Part shown: in pieces, positions 52,407-62,413 of the stretch
Numbering within the stretch: the stretch's first letter is position 1
Layout: every line of letters begins with the position of its first letter
Assembly: GCA_047947115.1 (NCBI GenBank)
Contig: CP170459.1
Coordinates: forward strand, 4,128,001 to 4,192,000
From: Verrucomicrobiota bacterium
GTDB lineage: Bacteria; Verrucomicrobiota; Verrucomicrobiia; Limisphaerales; AAA164-E04
Direction of reading: 5' to 3'
Length of the DNA stretch: 64,000 nucleotides
Made by a program: the position numbers and the translations under genes
The notes under the pieces: model-generated
What the model was told of the DNA's origin: nothing
What the model saw: only the letters and a program-made list of their open reading frames with translations
Database searches by the model: none

Positions 52407-52601
52407 GTCAAGAAACTGGGATGTTAAACGCCCGCAAATTCAAAAATAGCCTCAATGCCCTGCCCCTGGAGAAAAGGATGCTTTGCTGGCCAGACCGCCA
52501 TTTTGATTCGCTTTTTGATTCAGCAGAACCAATTGACCGTCCCGCACTTCAAATTCACCTGATCTCGCTCAAGCACATTGCGATCAATCGAAAAAGATTA
52601 C

Positions 52602-53336
52602 TTAAACCTCTCCTGCGGTGGACTCGAGTTCAATTTCCGCAAAAGGGCTGGTCGCAAAGCCCTCCGGAGCCCCTTCCTCCATGGCATTGATCGCCACCCG
52701 GTCCGTTTTGTGGTTGGCAGTTTTTTCTGGATCGTCGGAATCGGATTGGGCCGGTTTTTCAACAACCCTGGGATTGGGGGCACGCTTCACCTTGGGCAAC
52801 GGTGAAATCATGCAGTTCAGCCCTCTTCCTACCACTTTGGGAGGGAAATCAGGAGTGCCCCATTTGCTGAGGTCGTTGATGAACTGCTTCACCAAGTCCA
52901 CACCAATCTCCTTGTGAGCATTTTCACGCCCACGAAACCTCAGTGTAATCTTTACTTTGAAGTCGTCACAAAGGAAATCCACGGTGTGATCCAGCTTGAA
53001 TTTGAGGTCGTGCGGATCAATATTCATTGAAAGCTGAACCTCTTTCACCTTGTTGGATTGCTGGTGCTTTTTGGCCTCCTTTTCTTTTTTGGACTGCTCG
53101 TAACGGTATTTACCGAAATCAACCAGTCGACAGACCGGAGGTCTGGCTGTGGCCGCCACTTCCACGAGGTCGACCCCCCGCTGTTTAGCCAGGTTTATGG
53201 CGTCCTGCTTGGCAAGAACGCCCAGTTGATTTCCATCGGCGTCGACCACACGTACTTCTCTGGCGCGAATGCGCTCATTGATACGCGTTTTGGGTTGGTG
53301 ACGCCCCCGATTTTTGAAGGGTTTTGGGAAACTCAA
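52602..53336 (-). CDS. infC: Translation initiation factor IF-3 with a C-terminal extension (TTG start)
   Basis: RINERIRAREVRVV, DLVEVA..ARPPVCRLVDFGKYRYE, KVKITLRFRGRE. Confidence 0.95.
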   Translation of the reverse strand: MSFPKPFKNRGRHQPKTRINERIRAREVRVVDADGNQLGVLAKQDAINLAKQRGVDLVEVAATARPPVCRLVDFGKYRYEQSKKEKEAKKHQQSNKVKEVQLSMNIDPHDLKFKLDHTVDFLCDDFKVKITLRFRGRENAHKEIGVDLVKQFINDLSKWGTPDFPPKVVGRGLNCMISPLPKVKRAPNPRVVEKPAQSDSDDPEKTANHKTDRVAINAMEEGAPEGFATSPFAEIELESTAGEV

Positions 53337-53594
53337 GAGAGGGGCAAGGTTAGGGTGTTAACAAAGAAGAAACGCATAAACTGTCGTTCACAAATATCCG
53401 CTTACTATTCCATGCAAATGGCCATAATCTAACTTTTCTCGGCAATTAATGGAATCCAGATCATTTTAGCAAGCTTTTTCTGCATTTTTATTCAAAAAAG
53501 AAGATCGCCCTCCTCTTGAAACTACTTCTCATCAGAATTTTTCCAGTCCACCATTGACCTGATCTGGGTAGGTTTGCTTAGGTGCTTGCCCATT

Positions 53595-54812
53595 ATGGCG
53601 ACATTAAATCCATTCAAAGCAGTCCGCCCCAAAAAAGAACTGGCGGCCGAAATCTGCGAACTTCCCTACGACGTGCTCTCATCAGCTGAAGCTCGCGAAG
53701 CGGCTCAAGGGGCTCCCCTGAGTTTCTTTCATGTGAGCAAACCTGAAATCGACCTTCCCGAAGACACGGATCCTTACTCCGACGCGGTTTACGCCAAAGG
53801 AGCTGAAAACTTTCAACAATTGATCAGCCAGGGGGCTCTGTATCAGGATGAAAAAGCCTGCTTCTACCTTTATCGGCAAATCATGGGCGAACACAGTCAG
53901 ACCGGACTGGTCGCCGCCGCAAGCAGCCAGGAATACCTCGATGAAGTCATCAAAAAGCACGAATTCACCCGACCGGATAAAGAAAACGACCGGGTTCGAC
54001 ATATCGAAGCCCTCAACGCCCAGACCGGACCGGTCTTCCTGACTTACAAATCACGTCCCGAACTGGATCAAATTTTCAAGGAACAATCAGACAAAGACCC
54101 CTGCGTGGATTTCACCGCTCCCGACGGCGTACGCCACACCGCCTGGACCATCGATACCGACGCGGTGATTGAACGGATTGAAACTCTGTTGAGTGAAATC
54201 CAGACACTCTACATCGCCGACGGACACCATCGGAGCGCCGCAGCAGGCCGGATTTTTGAATCCCGACAAGGTTCGGGCAACTCCGGAGGATTTCTCACCG
54301 TCGTTTTCCCGCATGATCAAATGCAAATCCTGGCCTACAATCGTGCCGTAAAGGATTTGAACGGTCGTCGACCTGAGGAAATTCTATCCACTCTGGAAGG
54401 TTTGGGAGATCTGGAGGAATCCGATACACCGGTCGATCCCGCCAATAAGAACGAACTAGGTATCTACATGGGGAACCATTGGTATCGATTCCGCTTCAGT
54501 CAGGATGTCGCCCAAAAAGGATCAGCGGTGGACCAACTGGATGTATCATTGCTTCAGAATCACGTCTTGTCTCCCCTGCTGGCCATTGATGATCCACGTA
54601 AAAGCGATCGGATCAGCTTCGTGGGAGGCATTCGTGGCGTTGGAGAATTGGTCAAGATGGTTGACAGCGGAAGATACGCGATCGCTTTTTCCATGCACCC
54701 GACCCGCATCGAAGATTTGATGTGCATCTCCGACGAAGGCGGAATCATGCCGCCCAAGAGCACCTGGTTTGAACCAAAGCTCCGGGACGGCATGTTCACG
54801 CACCTTATTTGA
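53595..54812 (+). CDS. DUF1015 family protein
   Basis: LPYDV, IKKHEFT, YIADGHHRSAA, MPPKSTWFEPKLRDG. Confidence 0.9.
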   Translation: MATLNPFKAVRPKKELAAEICELPYDVLSSAEAREAAQGAPLSFFHVSKPEIDLPEDTDPYSDAVYAKGAENFQQLISQGALYQDEKACFYLYRQIMGEHSQTGLVAAASSQEYLDEVIKKHEFTRPDKENDRVRHIEALNAQTGPVFLTYKSRPELDQIFKEQSDKDPCVDFTAPDGVRHTAWTIDTDAVIERIETLLSEIQTLYIADGHHRSAAAGRIFESRQGSGNSGGFLTVVFPHDQMQILAYNRAVKDLNGRRPEEILSTLEGLGDLEESDTPVDPANKNELGIYMGNHWYRFRFSQDVAQKGSAVDQLDVSLLQNHVLSPLLAIDDPRKSDRISFVGGIRGVGELVKMVDSGRYAIAFSMHPTRIEDLMCISDEGGIMPPKSTWFEPKLRDGMFTHLI

Positions 54813-54816
54813 ATAG

Positions 54817-54865
54817 TGGCGGCGGTGGCACCCAGCAACCAAACTCTCCACCGCCGCCATCTTTT
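54817..54865 (+). terminator. Hairpin/terminator after the DUF1015 gene
   Basis: TGGCGGCGGTGG...CCACCGCCGCCA 12-bp stem with a long loop, then TCTTTT. Confidence 0.55.
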
Positions 54866-54875
54866 CCCCACTCCG

Positions 54876-55523
54876 TTACACGGCAGGAGCCAATCCAACG
54901 AAGGAAACCGATGGCTCCGCAAATTTGTAATAAACTCTCAATTCACCCACCTGGCGCTTGGGTATATGGTTTTCGATCACCAGCAATGCGCTTTGATCCT
55001 GCCAGAATGTATCTTGCTTGAAGGTGCCGCTTGGCCCGCATACCAAGTGTGAAGAACCATCTTCATCCTGCTTCAACACAGCATGCATGCCCTGATGAAG
55101 GTTCATCAGACATGTTTCTTCCCCATCGGATCTGATATCGTACTGACCATGACTATAGGCGACGATCCGGAGGCTTAGATCCTGCTTCGGATCCACCAGC
55201 ACTTCATAGGGGCAATCCACACCGGTTTGCCCTTGAATACGAATCACATGCCCCTTTTTAATCTCGGGGGAAATGTGATGCCAGGTGAGCACATATTTAC
55301 CTGGGTCACCCAAATTCATGGTGCCTACTGCCTGCTCGTCAGGCATGTCAGCCGCCTGAAGGGCTTCTTCTTCGACAAGCTGAGTCTTCAGCCGGCGTTT
55401 GTTCACCACCCGGCGTATTTCGAAGCCGATGACTCCCAAAACCACCACAGCGGCAAATAGCAGGTAATAGCCAAGCATATTCATATCCATCGAATTAATG
55501 TGTCCAACATGACTGTTATCCAA
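54876..55523 (-). CDS. Hypothetical membrane-anchored protein
   Basis: Single N-terminal TM (YYLLFAAVVVLGVIGF) followed by a soluble domain. Confidence 0.6.
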   Translation of the reverse strand: MDNSHVGHINSMDMNMLGYYLLFAAVVVLGVIGFEIRRVVNKRRLKTQLVEEEALQAADMPDEQAVGTMNLGDPGKYVLTWHHISPEIKKGHVIRIQGQTGVDCPYEVLVDPKQDLSLRIVAYSHGQYDIRSDGEETCLMNLHQGMHAVLKQDEDGSSHLVCGPSGTFKQDTFWQDQSALLVIENHIPKRQVGELRVYYKFAEPSVSFVGLAPAV

Positions 55524-55761
55524 TCACCAAAGAATAGCATAATCGATGCCAGTAGAAAAACATATGCGAAGTTTCATTCAAATTATGGCCGCTCTCTTCT
55601 AAACAGGCGAAAGGTTGCACATATACTCACCGGGGGCCTTGAAAGAAACGCCCATTCATATTCAAGCATGGTTGCATGTCCCCATACTCTAGCTAATACT
55701 CATTGACCCGCTTATATATTTTCGATAGAAGAGTCCACATCCAACAAATGATTGTAAATTT

Positions 55762-56556
55762 ATGAGGACTCATGATTCCTATCGAAAGGGCTCCGTGCGC
55801 CGTATCGGAGCATTCACACTGATTGAATTGCTGGTGGTCATCGCCATCATTGCCATTCTTGCAGGCATGCTGCTGCCAGCACTGAGCAAAGCCAAAATGA
55901 AAGCCAAAGGCATCTCCTGCCTGAGCAACCTGAAACAAATGCAGCTCTGCTGGATCATGTATGCCACGGACAATGATGGAAACCTGATCTTAAATCACCT
56001 GGGGACACGTGACTCCTGGATCGGCGGCAATGTTTCATCCTCACCAGGCTGGACAAATCGCTTGGACATCACTGAAGGCGCACTTTATGCCTACAACTCC
56101 TCCGAAGAAATCTACAAATGCCCCTCGGATATTGCATTCAAATCCGGAACACGCAATGTGATCCGTGTGCGAAGTTTTTCCATGAGCGGCCGCATGAACG
56201 GTAATGCCGACTGGGTTTACCCAAACCTTAAAACATGGACAAAAGAATCCTCCATTGTCACACCGGGACCGTCCGGAGCTTTTGTTTTTGTAGACGAGGA
56301 CAAGGATAGCATTGATGACGGCTTCTTTGCGGTGCGTGACCCATTTGGCCCGAATGTCGGCCATTGGCAAAATGCACCTTCCAGTCGGCACGGTAACGGT
56401 GGCAACCTTTCCTTCGCCGATGGCCATGTGGAAAACTGGCGTTGGGTAGAGAATACAGCCACTGCCGTAACCGGACTCGACACCCGCACCTTCGCCGGCG
56501 ACCGGGACCTTGAGAAATTCCGCCAGGCAACCCACGAGCGGCGTGGAGACCAATAA
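55762..56556 (+). CDS. Prepilin-type N-terminal cleavage/methylation protein with H-X9-DG motif
   Basis: [48 protein letters not shown]. Confidence 0.92.
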   Translation: MRTHDSYRKGSVRRIGAFTLIELLVVIAIIAILAGMLLPALSKAKMKAKGISCLSNLKQMQLCWIMYATDNDGNLILNHLGTRDSWIGGNVSSSPGWTNRLDITEGALYAYNSSEEIYKCPSDIAFKSGTRNVIRVRSFSMSGRMNGNADWVYPNLKTWTKESSIVTPGPSGAFVFVDEDKDSIDDGFFAVRDPFGPNVGHWQNAPSSRHGNGGNLSFADGHVENWRWVENTATAVTGLDTRTFAGDRDLEKFRQATHERRGDQ

Positions 56557-56581
56557 CTCTTTCCTCTAACAGGATGATCAT

Positions 56582-56614
56582 AAGGCAGCCATTGTTTCAA
56601 TGGCTGCCTTTTTT
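56582..56614 (+). terminator. Intrinsic terminator
   Basis: AAGGCAGCCATTG-ttt-CAATGGCTGCCTT + TTTT. Confidence 0.85.
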
Positions 56615-56777
56615 AATTCAAGGCAACTAACGCAAAAAAGGTCACGGCATGACGTCAGGACCGCTGAATGATACCGCCCTGTAGCTTCCTGAAATTTGAA
56701 CTCGCTTTTCTGTCTCCATGTTGAACAATGTGTCTTTCCTAATTATTGCAATAAACAAGCAGACAATTGATCGAACA

Positions 56778-58088
56778 ATGAATATTCGAACCGTTTTATT
56801 AAGCGCATGCGCCCTCGGACTGGGCTGCTTTCAAGCCATTCAGGCAGGCGAACTCAAGGTTCCCCCCACCGGATTCACCGCCCTATTCAACGGCAAAGAT
56901 CTGAGCGGTTGGCACGGTATGGGACACTTCGACCCCCGCAAGTTGTGGGCCATGAGCGACGAAGAACGCAAAGCCAAGCGCGAAGCTGATCTCAAAGACG
57001 CCAAGGCACACTGGACCGTGGAAAACGGTGAACTCGTCAATGACGGTCACGGTGTTTACCTCACCACCGACAAAGACTACGGCAACATGGAGTTTCTGAT
57101 TGATTACAAGACTGTGGCCCAAGCCGACAGCGGTATCTATCTGCGCGGGAATCCTCAGGTGCAAATCTGGGATTACACAAAAGAAGGCGGCAAATGGAAC
57201 ATCGACGCCGACAAAGGCTCAGGCGGTCTCTGGAACAACAGTGCCGGCGCGCCGGGTAAAAACCCAATGGTCCTCGCCGACAGACCTTTTGGGGAATGGA
57301 ACTCATTCCGCATCATTCAGATCAAAGACTACACCACGGTTTACTTGAACGATCAGCTCGTGGTCGACCACGCCAAGATGGAAAATTTCTGGGATCGATC
57401 CAAACCGCTCTGGGACAAAGGTCCGATCCAATTGCAAACCCACGGCGGCGAAATACGCTGGCGCAACATTTTCGTTCGCGAAATTCCAGACAGTGAAGTG
57501 GAACAAATGCTCGCCGAACCCGGATTCAAACCCATCTTCAACGGCAAAAATCTCGACGGCTGGGCCGGTCCTGTTGAGAACTATCAGGTCCAGGACGGAG
57601 CTATCGTCTGTAAACCGAATAATGGCGGCACGATCTACTATCATCAGAATCTGACCGATTTTGTGGTCCGCCTTGAGTTCAAGGTTCCCCCCGGCGGCAA
57701 CAATGGATTGGCCATTCGCTACCCCGGACAAGGTGACACTGCCTACAGTGGCATGTGCGAACTGCAGGTCCTGGACAACACCGCTGAAAAATACGCCAAA
57801 CTCGACGCCCGCCAATACCATGGTTCCGCCTACGGCATGGTGGCTGCCAAACGTGGTGCGCAGAAGCCTGTTGGAGAATGGAACGAACAGGAAGTGACCG
57901 TCCAAGGATCCAAAATCAAGGTCGTCCTGAACGGCGAAACCATCCTGGATTGCGACTTGCGTGATGTGAATGAATACATGGGCGGACGCCCTCACGCTGG
58001 CAAAGATCGCTATGAAGGCTTCTTCGGATTTGCCGGTCACGGCGATCCCGTCGCCTTCCGCAACATCCGCATCAAAGCCCTGCGATAA
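56778..58088 (+). CDS. Tandem DUF1080 (3-keto-glycoside hydrolase-like) secreted protein
   Basis: Two domains, each with FNGK(D/N)L.GW...GEWN...(W/F)RNI; signal peptide. Confidence 0.9.
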   Translation: MNIRTVLLSACALGLGCFQAIQAGELKVPPTGFTALFNGKDLSGWHGMGHFDPRKLWAMSDEERKAKREADLKDAKAHWTVENGELVNDGHGVYLTTDKDYGNMEFLIDYKTVAQADSGIYLRGNPQVQIWDYTKEGGKWNIDADKGSGGLWNNSAGAPGKNPMVLADRPFGEWNSFRIIQIKDYTTVYLNDQLVVDHAKMENFWDRSKPLWDKGPIQLQTHGGEIRWRNIFVREIPDSEVEQMLAEPGFKPIFNGKNLDGWAGPVENYQVQDGAIVCKPNNGGTIYYHQNLTDFVVRLEFKVPPGGNNGLAIRYPGQGDTAYSGMCELQVLDNTAEKYAKLDARQYHGSAYGMVAAKRGAQKPVGEWNEQEVTVQGSKIKVVLNGETILDCDLRDVNEYMGGRPHAGKDRYEGFFGFAGHGDPVAFRNIRIKALR

Positions 58089-58107
58089 TCAAGACACCCT
58101 TTAAATC

Positions 58108-58147
58108 AAACGCCCCGGAAGTCAGGTTGACTCCGGGGCGTTTTTTT
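58108..58147 (+). terminator. Intrinsic terminator
   Basis: AAACGCCCCGGA..GTCA/TGAC.TCCGGGGCG + T7. Confidence 0.85.
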
Positions 58148-58148
58148 A

Positions 58149-58393
58149 TCGCAGATTAACGCAGTGACTTCGAAATACACATTCTACTTTAGTTGGCTAT
58201 AACGTTTGCCAAAAGTAATTTCATAAAAACCTCTGCGTCACTGCGTCTCTAGCGTAGCGGGCGTGAGACTAAGAAGCATCAGCGAGCCCTTATACGCAAA
58301 CACTTTTGACAATCAGTATATCAATCCTCCAGTTGTAAAATCAAACCTACTGTCCAGCTTAAACTCCAGTACATCCTCTGCGTTAATCTGCGA
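58149..58393. repeat. 16-bp perfect inverted repeat pair enclosing MITE copy B
   Basis: TCGCAGATTAACGCAG (58149-58164) / CTGCGTTAATCTGCGA (58378-58393). Confidence 0.7.
58198..58320. mobile_element. 123-bp MITE-like repeat, copy B
   Basis: TATAACGTTTGCCAAAAGT...ACTTTTGACAATCAGTATA imperfect TIRs; colinear with 14344..14466. Confidence 0.75.
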
Positions 58394-58417
58394 AATCTCG
58401 AAGATCCCGCGACTGCG

Positions 58418-59931
58418 CATGCGCGTCAGGATAAAGCCAGGAGGTTTTGTTCATAGTTTTGACGAGATCGTTTGTCATATTTGCATTGGTATCTCATTTG
58501 TATAGGGATAGCATCGCTGACTTGTACATTCCACGCTTCAAAACACAGAGCCAAAAAGTAATCTCCCAGTAGAGCAGCCACTTTCAACATGCTCAAATGC
58601 GCCGCGTTGCAAGTCTGCCCCGGGGCAAGCCAGTCACGCTCTATCAAGTTTGTAAGAACGGTAATAAAAATGAGTCGTGCACAAACCACTATCCGGAGTT
58701 GCTCTGCAGAACCGTCAGGAACCTCGGTGATACGAAAATGGCTTTTCCATGCCTTAAAAATGGTTTCTATCCGCCAGCGCAAACCGTAGATCTTTGCCAC
58801 TTCTTTTGCTGTGCATTCGTTCTGGGGAACATTGGTTGTGAATATCGCCCAACCAAGCAACTCCAACCTTTGGGCATTGGGCTTTCGCCTTTTATCACGA
58901 TTGCTCTTGGCTTTGCGTCGCCGTTCTGCCGCGATCTCATCGGGAAGTTTGATGGCCACCAATCGCACGGGTAACTGCTTATCTGAGAGCAAAACATCAA
59001 AGTCCAAATTTCCTAATCGTTTCAGTTTTTTGAGTAAATCGATTTTTTCTCCTGTGGCTGGGTCCCTCACTTCGATATCCAATCGGATTCGACTCAAATA
59101 ATAGGCTCCAGCGTTTGCTATCTGTTGGAATGATTCTATCACGAAATAGCCCAAGTCACGGAGTATTAAGTCCCCCTTACGTATGACTTTCAAAATATCA
59201 TAAGTTGCGGTTTGGTCGTTACGTCTAAATCCACTTATCCCGAAGTAGAGGAATTGTTGATTTTGTATATCCTGAATGGCTTGTATTTTCAGCGATGCAA
59301 TTTTGGAACCACTTTGGTTAGCCGAACCGGGAAAAGCAGCCGCCAGTTTCGAATTTACTTTGATGGTCGTGCTATCATGAACAAGGATTCGTGGAAATCG
59401 ATTGAACTTGTTTGGGACGTTGCGGCCATTGTCTTTGGATTTGGCGCTTAATACTAGCGCCAGGATGCATTGAATATAATTCACAGCGCCCTGGTTCATT
59501 CGTTCCCACAATGACTGTTTGGCAATAGTATTATTGCTCAAAATTCCCAACAAAGTCGCCCATCGACTCAAACTTGCGGTGCCTTGGCAAACCAATAGAA
59601 TAGTCGCTTGTAGAAAAAATTCGGGCATTATTTTTCGCGGAGTTCGCAGGACAAAGCCGGTGGCGCGAGCAAGTGTCTGGAAATCGAAATCAGCGAACCA
59701 ACCGGTTAATGTTTGGGCACATCGGTGCCATTCATGAGGCAGGGAAACCCCTTGTGAATCTGGGAGTAAAGTCAAACATTTGGGTTGAGGTCTTGTTGTG
59801 TGTTGAAGATCTGAAGATGATATTGTCTGACAAGGATTTGTTGGAGAGTCATTCGGAAAAGTAGAAAGCAAACTGTACATAAAAGTACAGCTTTATCGTT
59901 AAAAATAATCATTTTTATCCTGACGCGCATG
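58418..59931 (-). mobile_element. Complete IS4-family insertion sequence (1514 bp)
   Basis: 18-bp TIRs CATGCGCGTCAGGATAAA / TTTATCCTGACGCGCATG; 10-bp direct repeat CGCGACTGCG at 58408-58417 and 59932-59941. Confidence 0.93.
58426..59880 (-). CDS. IS4 family DDE transposase
   Basis: LVHDST (D), LRDLGYF (D), YGLRWRIETIFKAWKS (YREK signature); stop codon lies inside the TIR; start uncertain. Confidence 0.93.
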   Translation of the reverse strand: MYSLLSTFPNDSPTNPCQTISSSDLQHTTRPQPKCLTLLPDSQGVSLPHEWHRCAQTLTGWFADFDFQTLARATGFVLRTPRKIMPEFFLQATILLVCQGTASLSRWATLLGILSNNTIAKQSLWERMNQGAVNYIQCILALVLSAKSKDNGRNVPNKFNRFPRILVHDSTTIKVNSKLAAAFPGSANQSGSKIASLKIQAIQDIQNQQFLYFGISGFRRNDQTATYDILKVIRKGDLILRDLGYFVIESFQQIANAGAYYLSRIRLDIEVRDPATGEKIDLLKKLKRLGNLDFDVLLSDKQLPVRLVAIKLPDEIAAERRRKAKSNRDKRRKPNAQRLELLGWAIFTTNVPQNECTAKEVAKIYGLRWRIETIFKAWKSHFRITEVPDGSAEQLRIVVCARLIFITVLTNLIERDWLAPGQTCNAAHLSMLKVAALLGDYFLALCFEAWNVQVSDAIPIQMRYQCKYDKRSRQNYEQNLLALS

Positions 59932-59961
59932 CGCGACTGCGGTGATGCGGTTCCAAAAAAC

Positions 59962-61281
59962 TTACAAACTCCACCCCTCGCGATACTCACGCTTGATGTA
60001 AGCATTGGCTTCAGGAACGTTGGTGACACGCAGATTCTTGCTGTCCCATTCAATTTTCTTTCCCGCCCGAATGGCCACATTACCCAGCAACACCACCTCC
60101 GAAAACGGTCCTGAACGTTTGAAGTTGGAAAGCGGCTGGTCCGGGTTGTTGTTCCGAATCGCTTCCTGCCACTCCTCATCCTCATTCTTGACGCGGGGTA
60201 TGGATTTGGGAATATGCGTCACTTCCGCCATCACGCCGTTGGCCTTGATCAGCCAATTGGTGTTGCCTCGATTGAAATACAGCTTCCCTTTGCTACCCAC
60301 CAACACCGCGCCGTATTTGGAAATATCTTCGCCGTCGACCACTTCAGCGGGCGGGTAATGTTGCTCACCATTCCTTTGGCCATCGTACCAAACAAATTTA
60401 ACAGGGGGTTTCTGGCCTCGTTTTGGAAATTGATAGGTCACAATGGATGATGTGGGCGGAGATTCCAGAGTCATGCCCTCCTGCTCTGCCTGCACGGTAT
60501 CCGGAGCGCCAAGTTCGAGCGCCCAGTAGGCCATGTCCATGATATGACAGGCCATGTCGCCCAAAGCGCCCGTTCCAAAGTCCCAGTAACCTCTCCATTT
60601 AAACGGAGCGTACTCCGGATGATACGGCCGCCATGGAGCAGGCCCAAGGAACAAATCCCAATCCAGGGTATCCGGCACTTTGTGATCACCGGTGGGACGA
60701 TTCACTCCTTGAGGCCATACCGGACGATTGGTCCACATGTGCGCTTCGGTCACATCACCAATAATGCCACCCTGTATTAACTCTACTGCTCGTCGAATAG
60801 GCTCCCCTGCATGCGCCTGATTGCCCATTTGCGTGACCACCCCATATTCCTCTGCCACCTGGGTCATGACACGGGCTTCGTAAACGGAATGGGTGAGCGG
60901 TTTCTGGCAGTAACAATGTTTCCCCATCTTCATCGCCATGACGGCTGCCACCGCATGGGTATGATCCGGAGTGCTAACGGTCACGGCATCGATCCCCTTG
61001 TGTCTTTCAAGCATCACCCTGAAATCTTTGTAGCGTTTTGCAGTAGGAAAATTCTTGAACGTTTCAGCAGCACGCACGTCATCCACATCGCAAAGGGCCA
61101 CAATATCCGCCCCGGCATCAGCGTTGTTCATGATTTCACCGCGTCCCTTGCCGCCCACGCCGATCCCCGCCAGAGCGATACGGTCATTGGCACCGAAAAC
61201 CCGGCTTGGAAAAAAGTTGAAAGCGAACGCGGTCGCTGTGGATGCACCGACAAACTGTCTGCGAGTATAATGTTTTTTCAT
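59962..61281 (-). CDS. Tat-exported Gfo/Idh/MocA family oxidoreductase
   Basis: TRRQFV, IGVGGKG, STPDHTH, YCQKPLTH, GALGDMACH. Confidence 0.92.
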   Translation of the reverse strand: MKKHYTRRQFVGASTATAFAFNFFPSRVFGANDRIALAGIGVGGKGRGEIMNNADAGADIVALCDVDDVRAAETFKNFPTAKRYKDFRVMLERHKGIDAVTVSTPDHTHAVAAVMAMKMGKHCYCQKPLTHSVYEARVMTQVAEEYGVVTQMGNQAHAGEPIRRAVELIQGGIIGDVTEAHMWTNRPVWPQGVNRPTGDHKVPDTLDWDLFLGPAPWRPYHPEYAPFKWRGYWDFGTGALGDMACHIMDMAYWALELGAPDTVQAEQEGMTLESPPTSSIVTYQFPKRGQKPPVKFVWYDGQRNGEQHYPPAEVVDGEDISKYGAVLVGSKGKLYFNRGNTNWLIKANGVMAEVTHIPKSIPRVKNEDEEWQEAIRNNNPDQPLSNFKRSGPFSEVVLLGNVAIRAGKKIEWDSKNLRVTNVPEANAYIKREYREGWSL

Positions 61282-61408
61282 AGATAATAATGTTGTTCAG
61301 TCGCCTTTGGTGGAATGGATTGATCCTCTTACGAGGATTCAGAACGGGCAAGAAAATTAAACCTCGTTGCAAACCTGGAAAGATGCCGTTAAGTTCCAAA
61401 CCTGATTT

Positions 61409-62335
61409 ATGGAAAATGTTGTCATCATTGGAACCGGATGCGCGGGATTGACCGCCGCCATTTACACTGCACGCGCCAACCTGAACCCCTTGGTCCTGAC
61501 CGGCACCATGCCCGGCGGACTGCTGACGACCACCAGCATCGTGGAGAATTTCCCAGGATTCCCTGAGGGTGTGGATGGGTTTGAGCTCATGCAACATCTA
61601 CAGAAACAAGCCGAACGCTTCGGTGCACGCGTCCAGTTCGCAACCGTTGAATCAGCTGATCTTACGGGCGAACACCCCAAATTGGTGGTGGACGGCAAGG
61701 AATTGGAAACAAAAACCCTGATCATCGCCACCGGCGCGGGTCACCGCCATCTCGGACTCGATAACGAAAAGAAACTCGAAAACAAAGGCGTCACCTACTG
61801 CGCCACCTGCGACGGCGCCCTCCCCATGTTCCGGGACAAGCCCCTCGTCGTAGTGGGAGGGGGAGATTCAGCATGTGAAGAAGCCACTTATCTGACCCGA
61901 TTTGCCTCCAAAGTTTACCTGGTCCACCGCCGCGATGAACTGCGCGCCAGCAAAATCATGGCCGATCGCGCAGTGAACCACGAGAAGATTGAAATGGTCT
62001 GGGATTCCGTGGTCAGCGAAATCCACGGTGTGGAAGAAGACACCGTCACCGGCGTTCAACTCAAAAACACAAAGACCGGTGAGGAGAAACGACTGGACTG
62101 TGCAGGCGTCTTCATTGCCATCGGTCATGTTCCCAACACCCAAATCTTCAAAGGACAAGTCGACATGGACGAAGCCGGCTACGTCACCCGCACCGAAGGC
62201 AGCAAAACATCCGCCAAAGGAGTCTTCGTTGCTGGAGACTGTGCGGACAAAGTTTATCGCCAAGCCATCACCGCCGCCGGCATGGGCTGCATGGCCGCCA
62301 TTGACGCCGAACGCTACCTCGGCGAACAAGATTGA
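61409..62335 (+). CDS. trxB: Thioredoxin-disulfide reductase
   Basis: [47 protein letters not shown]. Confidence 0.96.
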   Translation: MENVVIIGTGCAGLTAAIYTARANLNPLVLTGTMPGGLLTTTSIVENFPGFPEGVDGFELMQHLQKQAERFGARVQFATVESADLTGEHPKLVVDGKELETKTLIIATGAGHRHLGLDNEKKLENKGVTYCATCDGALPMFRDKPLVVVGGGDSACEEATYLTRFASKVYLVHRRDELRASKIMADRAVNHEKIEMVWDSVVSEIHGVEEDTVTGVQLKNTKTGEEKRLDCAGVFIAIGHVPNTQIFKGQVDMDEAGYVTRTEGSKTSAKGVFVAGDCADKVYRQAITAAGMGCMAAIDAERYLGEQD

Positions 62336-62353
62336 CACGAATGCATTCCAACA

Positions 62354-62392
62354 CCACGAATAATGGGAGCCCCCCCTAACCATTATTCGTGG
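62354..62392. repeat. 13-bp perfect inverted repeat after trxB (possible terminator or REP-like hairpin)
   Basis: CCACGAATAATGG-13 nt-CCATTATTCGTGG. Confidence 0.6.
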
Positions 62393-62413
62393 CTAGCGAC
62401 TTTCACCTGAGAA

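Noticed and set aside
55762..56556. Type IV pilus or T2SS locus
   Set aside because: This is a lone prepilin-like H-X9-DG gene of a family highly expanded in PVC bacteria; no assembly genes are adjacent.
62354..62392. Third site for the ACGAA-N6-TTCGT operator
   Set aside because: The half-sites match but the spacing is much longer, and the site is downstream of trxB; it is better explained as a hairpin.
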